A stretch of DNA of 64,000 nt from Callorhinchus milii. Lineage: Eukaryota. Positions within the stretch are counted from its first letter, which is position 1. Every line of letters begins with the position of its first letter. The position numbers and the translations under genes are program-made. The DNA is taken from the NCBI RefSeq assembly GCF_018977255.1, contig NW_024704743.1, positions 55,120,001 through 55,184,000 of the forward strand, given 5' to 3'. This document shows positions 52,327-62,329 of this stretch, piece by piece. The notes under the pieces are model-generated. The model was not told the origin of the DNA. It made no database searches and saw only the letters and a list, made by a program, of their open reading frames with translations.

Positions 52327-54417
52327 CTTCAATATCCCGCTGAACAGGGAAACGGGACCTTGGCTTAGCATCTCTTCCAAAAGATGGCACCTCTGATAAT
52401 GCAATGCTCCAGCAGCAGTGTATTGGCGTATCAGCCCAAGAGTCATGAACAAAATGCTCCGGATTTTTTTTCTGTAGAGATATGCACCAATAGCCTCAGG
52501 AAAAGCAGCAAAGGTATTAGAAAAGGACTCCGTACACATTTCTAACGAAAGTAGTCTTGTGGATGGAAAACAGAGCAAGTTTGAAAATTTGGTACAATCA
52601 GAAATACTCAATTTCTAGTTTTGTGTTCAAAATGGCAGAATTAAAAGAAAAACAAATAGATCTTGTCTGCCTATTCAAGCGGGCATCTTTAATGGAGGGA
52701 TATAGGGATGATAAACAGTAAACAGAACTTACTGTTTACCGCCCCTATGTCTTTCCATTAAAGATCCCATGACACTATTTATAAAGGGAAGAGTTTCTCC
52801 CGGTATCCTGGCCAGCATCCCCCCAGATAGAATTCATCAATCATTTGATGGCTATCTGTGGACATTGGTATCTGCAAATAGTTACACTTCACAGAAATAC
52901 AGTGAGGTTCTTGATGTTACAGATACTAAATCAAATATAATGATTATTGCAGTGACATGACCTTAAAAGATTTAACCCACGGGGCATAGCTGATGAGATA
53001 ATATTTCACAATTTCTAACCCCTATGCAACTCATCAATTACCTCAAGTGCATGGAATGCTCAATTTTTCACTGGAAAAAAAAGCATCAAATCTGAGATTT
53101 GCAACAGCAAAACTAATTCTAATTTGAATACTCAATTCAAATTGGTTTCCCAGCAAATCAGGGTTTAAATTTAGATTATGTGGTTGTTTCCCAGCTCAAG
53201 GATGATTAACAGAGCAATAAATGCAGATCAGTTTTGGTTCAATTCCAGTAAGTCGTGGCGAGGCAAAACTTTGAAACCTTTGAAATAAGGAATAGAATAA
53301 GAACCACAGCAGAAAAAAANTTAATGTGGGAATCATTTAATATTGTTGTACTGGGTTATATTAATAAATCAATTCCTTGTGTAACAGTATCAATGTGAGC
53401 TGAACGATTTTTTAAAAAATAGTTTTACCAAGGAGAACTAAACACTTTTGAACTTCCAACAAGTCAGGGGATAAAGGGGAGAAATTACTGAATGAGAACA
53501 GGGAGCCATCAGGACTATCCCAGTCACTGGAGGAGAACCTGAGACTGTAGGTGAAGACAGAATTCCACATAATAATCTGCTTCCAGAACATCTCCTGCCG
53601 AATTTTAAAGCATATCACATACGCAAGACAAGGGACAGAGAGGCATCCACAGGAATCTCCTTTTGGCATTGTGGCAATTCAATAGTTATTATTGTGATTG
53701 TTTGATGATTATTATTATTAATTGTTTTATTATTATTAACTTATTGTTTGAGTTCCCTGTGTCCCTCGCTGGATTTTCCTTTCCCATTCCCAACCCCAAA
53801 GGTTCATATCCAGCATTTCATAAAAGGTAGTTTTGCTCTTTTGGTAAAGGGCTCCCACAGAACACACTTGCTGTTCCGATTGAGTTCTGCACAATACATA
53901 TCCTTAAAGAAAATCAAAGAGACCTTTTAATTTTCTCTCTCTTTCCTCCTCCCCTGCTGATCTTTTTACTGCCACATTTCTTCCAGCAGCTCGGAAGATG
54001 AGACTTTGTCAGGATGCAGATTCTTCCACAGAACAAATCCATTATCTAAGAGCAAGTGCTGATCCACATGATGATAGCCATGCCACTAATATCCCCCATC
54101 TCCACCCATAGCAAAAAGCAGTCAGGCACGCTTCACAAAAGCCGAATACGAAAGTTGAGCCGTACAAACTTGGAATGCCCTAGATTTGATCTCTAGTCTG
54201 TGATGAATTAGCTCATTTTAGCCAGAGTGGCATTACAATTAGCTTTATGCCACTGGGCTAATGGAAAGGGAAAAAAACAGCCAGGGTTCACACTCCTGAT
54301 AACTTTTTGTTGACCCCTGCTATGAAGTGGAAGTGAGGGTAGGCTTGGGTTCAGTGTGGTGCTTTCCTTCCATAGTCAGAGACTCCTCCAAAACACTCAC
54401 TGGCTGGGTTCACCCGT

Positions 54418-54770
54418 AATAATACTTGCATTTGCTATAGAGCCTTATCATGTTTTTGAGACGTCTCAAAGCACTTCACAAAATGTACTATTGTGAATAG
54501 TGATTTGACTGTATATTTTGTGGGTGAAAAGCGACAGCCAATTGCGCACAGCAGTGTCCCACAAACAGTCGTGGATTGAGTGACCAATTTATTATTTTTT
54601 TCAGAAATTATTACCCCCGAAAAAGCAATCCATCAATCATCTAACTACCGGGTTGCTACTTACTGCTAGGTAAATAGAGGTATGTGGAATAAGGAAACAT
54701 TTCACCCTGCCGGGAATCGAACCCAGGTTTCTCGAGGTGAGTGCTCTAACCACTGAGCTACAGGACTCCA
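54418..54770 (-). mobile_element. tRNA-derived SINE, long variant
   Basis: GGGAATCGAACCC (B box, reverse) and CCACTGAGCTACAGGACTCC. Confidence 0.9.
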
Positions 54771-57057
54771 TAACATTCCTGTAAATTGATAAATCAACAA
54801 CAATAACTTGCATTTAAATAGTCACTTGAGCAAGGTAATAGAAAACGATTGTCATCATGTGGATCAGGGTATTCAGGACAGAAGGGGAGAAAATTAAATA
54901 GAGGTAAAATAAACTTTTTTCCATTTAACATTCTGGTGTTTCCTTTACGGGTTAAGGGCATTTTGCTACCAGTGATCTATTTTGCCTTACCACAGAACTC
55001 AATTTAGTTTCAGTCCTGCCATATTTCCAGTTAATGACATAAATACCATGAAATAAGAAGTTTCAATGGTTTTGCACTGTTACACATTTTACAAATACTG
55101 CACCCTCATTATAAAAGTGTCCTTGGGATCAAAGTATTTTGCAAGTTGGAAGAAATTAGTTAGAAGCTAAGAGTTACATGTTTAAAAAAACAGGCCTTTA
55201 ACATAGTTAAAAAAAATCTGGAAAAGTTGTAAGACAAATAAGCTGTCTCAGCCTTGATACAAAACAACATCCTGCCACTTATATATGATTTTGTGGGGTG
55301 ACATGCTTACAATTTTCACTACCCGCTCACAGATTTAGTGACTCTTATGAGCAAGTCAGGAATTAACCCAAAACGGCAGGTGAAACATCTCAATATAAAA
55401 ATACTTTTAAAAAGGCTTCTATGGAAAGAAGCAGCATGTCTCAAACATGTGTAGGAGAAAAAGGTTTTGCCAATGATTCTTGAAGAAAATCTTCAAGTAC
55501 AACTCAGAGTTTGCCTACAAAATACACAGCAACTACACTTCACAGTAAAAATCATGTAAAGCGTTTTGAGACATATCAGCAACATGACAAAATGCTATAT
55601 CAAGTGGCAAGAATTATTATTATGATATATATTGAGATGTCGAAGCTGTGATAAAGTGCTATATTGAATGCAAAGATTATTATTATGTTATTAATATAGA
55701 GAAATTCAATCAACACCAGAAACTTGCCTATAAATTCACAAGTTAGTCAATGCTCCACATATGCAGCCACGTATTTATTCATTTACGCATCAGAAAAGTA
55801 CTCAAATTGATAGATTTAAAATAGTTTCATATCAAATGAGCACAAAGTTGAGCACTCCGCTCTCTACCCCCTCCCCCCACTTTGATCACATCCATTAAAT
55901 AAGAAAAACATTAAAGTATCAAGCCTACATGTCACAAACATGATTATCTTCACTTCCCGTCTCCTCAAAAAAGCAAAGATAGCTATAAAGCTAAAAAAAC
56001 TTAGAACTGTAAGGGCAAACTAGACACACGAGGGCTGCACATGCAGATGAGGAAATGATTTGTTAATGAAACCTGCTTTATTCTCTAAACTCTCAATATA
56101 GTTTCACAGTGAAATAATAAACATTCAACATTCACATTCATTTTAAAAGGAGTGCACAACACTTTCGCTGCTGATAAATGGCACTGCTGAATGTCATGTA
56201 TGGTTTTAGCAGCGATTACTAGTTAGTGGGGTCATCCAGTTACATCATTCTTCATTATACAAAAAAAACTCAAATTCATTTTCTCATTATACTCACTATG
56301 GGTTATTATTTAGGGGTATGGTTTTGGGGTTTGGTTGTAGGAATATATGTCAAAGGTGCTTCTGTTCAAGCCTCTGGTAAGTTTGTGGATTTAGATAAGA
56401 TCTATGGTTTAGGGTGAATGGTAGGTTTTGTTTATTGGGTTGAACAGTTAGATTTTCAGGGCTGTTTTTTGAAGAATGTACTTAAATACAATAGTTCAAC
56501 ACACTTGTAAAGCTGAGAATGTCAACAAAAAAATTAACCAGTCTCAAAACCACTATCCAATACTAAAACAGAGGCCAGAACAACAAAATGTGTATAATGC
56601 ACAATGCAAAGTGCTGCATATTGAGCCGTATTGAAGTCGGTACTTCTGATCAGTAACAACTAAGTAAGAAGGCTGCAAAACACACAACCACTACACTTTA
56701 CAGTGAATTCTGTGAAGCGGCCTGAGATGCGCCCCCTATAAAAGGTGCTTTATCAAATGCAAGGATTACTACTATTATCATCATCATCATCATCATCCCC
56801 ATATCACAGTCTAAGCCATTTGGGCTCTTCAAAAAAAAGCAGTCACTTGCACTGTGGCTGGTTGGCAATGTGAGACACAAGCTCTGAAAAGACACCGAAA
56901 CGAAAAGCGCAAACAATAACGTCCTGGGGAGCGGATTGCGAGGGTCAAGGAGGCGGCGGGGTCACAAGCGAGCAAATACATGGTCCCTAAATAAAACAAA
57001 ACCACCCACACAGACAGAAACACACACAGGCAGATAAGATCAAGCCGTGTTGTGAGC

Positions 57058-59878
57058 AGCTGGTGGGTGCAGTGGGTGGGTCTGGGCTCAGTGGGTGCAG
57101 TGTGAGGGGCTGGTGGGTGCAGTGGTTGCAGTGTGAGGGGCTGGGGCTGGGCTCAGTGGGTGCAGTGTGAGAGGCTGGTAGGTGCAGTGTGAGGGGCTGG
57201 TGGGTGTGGTGTGAGGGGCTGGTGGGTGTGGTGTGAGGGGCTGGTGGGTGCAGTGTGAGGGGGCGGTGGGTGCAGTGTGAGGGGGCTGGTGGGCTGGTGG
57301 GTGCAGTGTGAGGGGCTGGTGGGTGCAGTGTGAGGGGCTGGTGGGTGCGGTGTGAGGGGCTGGTGGGTGTGGTGTGAGGTGCTGGTGGGTGCAGTGTGAG
57401 GGGCTGGTGGGTGCAGTGTGTGCAGTATGAGGGGCTGGTGGGCTCAGTTGGTGCAGTGTGAGGGGCTGGTGGGCGCAGTGGGTGCAGTGTGAGAGGCTGG
57501 TGGGCGCAGTGGGTGCAGTGTGAGAGGCTGGTGGGTGCAGTGTGAGGGGCTGGTGGGCTCAGTGGGTGCAGTGTGAGGGGCTGGTGGGCGCAGTGTGAGG
57601 GGCTGGTGGGTGCAGTGGGTGCAGTGTGAGGGGCTGGTGGGCTCAGTGGGTGCAGTGTGAGAGGCTGGTGGGTGCAGTGTGAGGGGCTGGTGGGTGCAGT
57701 GGGTGCAGTGTGAGGGGCTGGTGGGCTGGTGGGCGCAGTGTGAGGGGGCTGGTGGGCGCAGTGTGAGGGGCTGGTGGGCTCAGTGGGTGCAGTGTGAGGG
57801 GCTGGTGGGCTCAGTGGGTGCAGTGTGCGGGGCTGGTGGGCGCAGTGTGAGAGGCTGGTGGGTGCAGTGTGAGGGGCTGGTGGGTGCGGTGTGAGGGGGC
57901 TGGTGGGTGCGGTGTGAGGGGGCTGGTGGGCGCAGTGGGTGCGGTGTGAGGGGGCTGGTGGGCTGGTGGGTGCGGTGTGAGGGGGCTGGTGGATGCAGTG
58001 TGAGGGGGCTGGTGGGTGCAGTGTGAGGGGGCTGGTGGGTGCGGTGTGAGGGGCTGGTGGGTGCAGTGTGAGGGGCTGGTGGGTGCACTGGGTGCAGTGT
58101 GAGGGGGCTGGTGGGTGCACTGGGTGCAGTGTGAGGGGGCTGGTGGGTGCACTGGGTGCAGTGTGAGGGGCTGGTGGGTGCAGTGGGAGGGGGCTGGAGG
58201 GTGCAGTGGGTGCGGTGTGAGGGGGCTGGTGGGTGCAGTGTGAGGGGGTGGTGGGTGCAGTGGGTGCAGTGTGAGGGGGTGGTGGGTGCAGTGGGTGCGG
58301 TGTGAGGGGGCTGGTGGGTGCAGTGTGAGGGGGTGGTGGGTGCAGTGTGAGGGGGTGGTGGGTGCAGTGGGTGCGGTGTGAGGGGGCTGGTGGGTGCAGT
58401 GTGAGGGGGTGGTGGATGCAGTGTGAGGGGGTGGTGGGTGCAGTGTGAGGGGGTGGTGGGTGCAGTGTGAGGGGGTGGTGGGTGCAGTGTGAGGGGGTGG
58501 TGGGTGCAGTGTGAGGGGCTGGTGGGTGCAGTGGGTGCGGTGTGAGGGGCTGGTGGGTGCAGTGGGTGCAGTGTGAGGGGGCTGGTGGGTGCAGTGGGTG
58601 CAGTGTGAGGGGGCTGGTGGGTGCAGTGGGTGCGGTGTGAGGGGGCTGGTGGGTGCAGTGTGAGGGGCTGGTGGGTGCAGTGTGAGGGGGTGGTGGGTGC
58701 AGTGTGAGGGGGCTGGTGGGTGCAGTGTGAGGGGGTGGTGGGTGCAGTGGGTGCAGTGTGAGGGGGTGGTGGGTGCAGTGTGAGGGGGTGGTGGGTGCAG
58801 TGTGAGGGGGTGGTGGGTGCAGTGTAGGGGGTGGTGGGTGCAGTGTGAGGGGGTGGTGGGTGCAGTGTGAGGGGGTGGTGGGTGCAGTGTAAGGGGGTGG
58901 TGGGTGCAGTGTGAGGGGGTGGTGGGTGCAGTGTGAGGGGGTGGTGGGTGCAGTGTGAGGGGCTGGTGGGTGCAGTGGGTGCGGTGTGAGGGGGCTGGTG
59001 GGTGCAGTGGGTGCAGTGTGAGGGGGCTGGTGGGTGCAGTGGGTGCAGTGTGAGGGGGCTGGTGGGTGCAGTGGGTGCAGTGTGAGGGGGTGGTGGGTGC
59101 GGTGTGAGGGTGCAGTGGGTGCAGTGTGAGGGGGCAGTGGGTGCAGTGTGAGGGGGCAGTGGGTGCAGTGTGAGGGGGGTGGTGGGTGCAGTGGGTGCAG
59201 TGTGAGGGGGCAGTGGGTGCAGTGTGAGGGGGCGGTGGGTGCAGTGTGAGGGGGCTGGTGGGTGCGGTGTGAGGGGGTGGTGGGTGCAGTGTGAGGGTGC
59301 AGTGGGTGCGGTGTGAGGGGGGTGGTGGGTGCGGTGTGAGGGTGCAGTGGGTGCAGTGTGAGGGGGTGGTGGGTGCAGTGTGAGGGGGCAGTGGGTGCAG
59401 TGTGAGGGGGCAGTGGGTGCAGTGTGAGGGGGCAGTGGGTGCAGTGTGAGGGGGGTGGTGGGTGCAGTGTGAGGGGGTGGTGGGTGCAGTGTGAGGGGCA
59501 GTGGGTGCAGTGTGAGGGGCTGGTGGGTGCAGTGTGAGGGGGCAGTGGGTGCAGTGTGAGGGGGTGGTGGGTGCGGTGTGAGGGGGCTGGTGGGTGCAGT
59601 GTGAGGGGGGTGGTGGGTGCAGTGGGTGCAGTGTGAGGGGGCAGTGGGTGCAGTGTGAGGGGGCTGGTGGGTGCAGTGTGAGGGGGGTGGTGGGTGCAGT
59701 GGGTGCAGTGTGAGGGGGCAGTGGGTGCAGTGGGTGCAGTGTGAGGGGGCAGTGGGTGCAGTGTGAGGGGCTGGTGGGTGCAGTGTGAGGGGGCAGTGGG
59801 TGCAGTGTGAGGGGGTGGTGGGTGCAGTGTGAGGGGCAGTGGGTGCAGTGTGAGGGGGTGGTGGGCTGGTGGGCAGTG
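57058..59878. repeat. ~2.8-kb G-rich compound minisatellite (modules GTGGGTGCA, GTGTGAGGGG(G), CTG/GTG/CA)
   Basis: Directly visible tandem array. It accounts for the 715-980 aa His/Pro/Thr-rich ORFs in all three minus frames. Confidence 0.97.
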
Positions 59879-59946
59879 CGGGTGCGGGTGCGGGTGCGGA
59901 GCTGGAGACATGAGGGGCGACAGACACATTGACGCGATCCGCTCAC

Positions 59947-60005
59947 CTCTTCTGGACTGGCTTTCGCCTCTTGCGACTCGCGTAAATGCTGCTGCTGCTG
60001 CTCAT
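59947..60005 (-). CDS. AHR: Aryl hydrocarbon receptor, first coding exon (N-terminus and basic/NLS region)
   Basis: Reverse complement reads ATG AGC AGC AGC AGC AGC ATT TAC GCG AGT CGC AAG AGG CGA AAG CCA GTC CAG AAG AG|GTGAGC = MSSSSSIYASRKRRKPVQK plus a phase-2 donor. This matches the AHR N-terminal signature YASRKRRKPVQK. There is a G at -3 and no upstream ATG in 60006-60195. Confidence 0.96.
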
Positions 60006-60604
60006 CCCGACCCTCCGCCCCGATCAACGGCGCCGCGTCCTCCTCGTAGAGGGGTATAGAGAGATAATATCCAATATCTAAACCACACGACGGTATGTGG
60101 GCAGAGAGGACGATTTCTTGTCGGGAAACGCCACCGCACTGCGCCCCGCACCGCCCCGCACCGCACACACACACACGCAGCTCGGGAGAGCGGCCCTGCA
60201 AAACAAATCCGGACGGACCGTCCTGGAGCGTCAACGCAAAAAATAAATAATAATAATTGGCTGCGAATATAATCCGCTGCTGAGAGAGAGGGGGTATTGC
60301 GGGAGTGAGAGAGAGAGTGAGTGAGAGAGGGAGTGAGTGAGTGAGTGAGAGAGTGAGAGAGGGAGTGAGTGAGAGAGGGAGAGCCGCCGCCTCCTCCTCA
60401 CCACATTGCAGGCTGAGGGCACCGCACCGCACAGCACAGCACCGCACAGCACAGCACCGCACCCGCACCCGCGGCCGCTCGGTACAGCACCAGAGGCTCT
60501 CAGAGGGTCAGCTCCCGGCAGCCGGGGAGCGGGTCAGGGCCGTGCGGTGCGGTGCGGGGGGTCCCTCCTCGCCAGGGTTTGGCTTCAGCGGCTTCTCGCA
60601 CAGC

Positions 60605-60826
60605 TCTGCTCTCTCCTCTCTCTCTCTCTCCTTCTCTTTCTCCTTTTCTCTCTTTCTCTCTCTCTCTCTCTTTCTCCTCTTTCTCTTTCTTCTTTTCTCT
60701 CTTTCTCTCTCTCTCTTCCTCCTCTTTCGCTTTCTTCTCTTCTCCTCTTTCTCTTTCTTCTCTCCTCCTCTCTCTCTCTCTCTCTCTTCTCCTTCTCTTT
60801 CTTCTCTCTCTCTCTCTCTCTCTCTT
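60605..60826. repeat. (CT)n-rich polypyrimidine tract in the AHR 5' region
   Basis: About 220 nt of almost pure C/T. Confidence 0.95.
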
Positions 60827-62329
60827 CAGCTGCTGAAACTTCCTCTTCAACGCAAGTCGGCGGCCATCAGTCAGTCAGTCAGTCAGTCACCTCCTTCCTC
60901 CTCCACGGGCTCCTGTGTGTGTGTGGTGTGTGTGAGGGGGGGAGTGGGGGGAGTGGAGAAGGTGGATCCTCTGCTTTGCTCTTGACTTCTTGCTGAGGGG
61001 GGCGGCCGGTGCCGGTGCCGGTGCCGGTGCCGGGCTCTGGTGCCTTGTTCGGGTGCCTTCCCTCCAGTGCCGCCCGTGTGTTGTGCTGTGTTGTGTTGCG
61101 CTGTTGCCTCTCCTCTCCTCTCCGCTCTGAGCCGAGCGCTGTCGGTCCCCGTCTCTCCCTCTCTCTCTCTCTCTCCCGCCGCCGCCGCCGCCGCCGCTCT
61201 GCTACAACGCGGAAGAAAACGCCACTCTCCACCGCCAGGCGCCGGCGCTTTCCTCTGCGACTCTCTGTGCAGATGCAGAGACCTCTCTCGCTCTCCTTCC
61301 TTCGGGTGTAGAAGCAGGAACCCGGGTCTCTCCTCTCCCCCTCTCCCCCTCTCCCTCCCTCCCTCTGTGTGTGTGTGTGTGTGTGTGTAGTGTAGTGTGT
61401 GTCTCTCTCTCTTGTCGTTGCACTCAACCGCCGCAGCAGCAGCCGCCGCCGCCCGAGGACGCCCTCCACACACATCACATCACATGCCCTTTCCTTCCTG
61501 CCACAGCCCCTCTGACAAGGTCACATCAGTCGGGCTGCAGTCGCTGCTTTTTTTTTTGCTCGATGCATAGGGCGAATTTCCAAAGAGAGTGACAGAGACA
61601 CACACAGAGAGAAAGAGAGAGAGAGAGAGATCTTTAGATCTATCCTTACGCGAACTTAAAATTTGATGGTTTCACACGTTCAAGAAGTTGAGACCAGGTC
61701 ACTTGCATTCCCCAGTGCTTTCGTTGCAGTCATCATTATTTGCATTGCCCTTCACTGCAAAAGGACATCTCGACGGTGCCTGGCAGGTTGATACCCAGCA
61801 AAGAAGTAAAGGGGGTTTAAAGATGTTGATTCAAGGCAGATTTGTTTTAGGAGCGAGAATGTGGCAATGCAAAAAAATTTTTTTTGGGGGGGAGGAAGAG
61901 GGGTACCAGGAGGCCATAATGATGTCCAGATATCCAGCATTGCTAAGTGGCTTCACTTATAGGGATGACGATGAACTCCGAGGAACTTGAATGGAATTTT
62001 TTTTCTGCGAATTGTGGATTAATAAATTGCCAGATACTTCAAATTAGCTGCTGTTATAGCAAATTTGATGCAAATCTCACACCTCCACGTTATCAGCAGT
62101 CCAACCCTTGCTGAAACAATTTTCCACAAAATGTAAACAAAAACTTAAGGATAAAACTACCTGTGTTTTTTTAATCACCGGATCTGTTGTTTGGAAGGGA
62201 GACAGGGCAGTAGATTGCAAGACCATTGCAGAATCACAACACATTTCTTTTTTTAAAAAAAGAGGTGATTAGTTCAGTATTTTTTTTCTTTGACAGTGAA
62301 AAGCTTGTGGAAATATCTCCTTCAGTAGA

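Larger units (their letters stand above)
46372..59946 (-). other. AHR: AHR intron 1 (~13.6 kb, GT-AG, phase 2)
   Basis: Bounded by the GTGAGC donor and the TTTTAAG acceptor. Splicing preserves the reading frame. Confidence 0.9.
59870..61470 (-). promoter_or_regulatory. CpG-island-like promoter / 5'UTR region of AHR
   Basis: Sharp rise in GC and CpG (GCCGCCGCC, CGGTGCCGG, CACCGCACCG) around and upstream of the AHR start codon, against a CpG-poor background. The transcription start site cannot be placed from sequence alone. Confidence 0.75.

Noticed and set aside
56987..60468. ORFs of 715, 885 and 980 aa rich in His/Pro/Thr/Cys
   Set aside because: They are open in all three minus frames because the C-rich minisatellite strand has almost no stop codons. 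The real AHR exon 1 in this span is in a different frame from the 885-aa ORF that covers it, and it splices out before the repeat.
60231..61592. Multiple 70-214 aa ORFs (SLSL-, ERER- and RRRR-rich)
   Set aside because: Translations of microsatellites and GC-rich promoter sequence.
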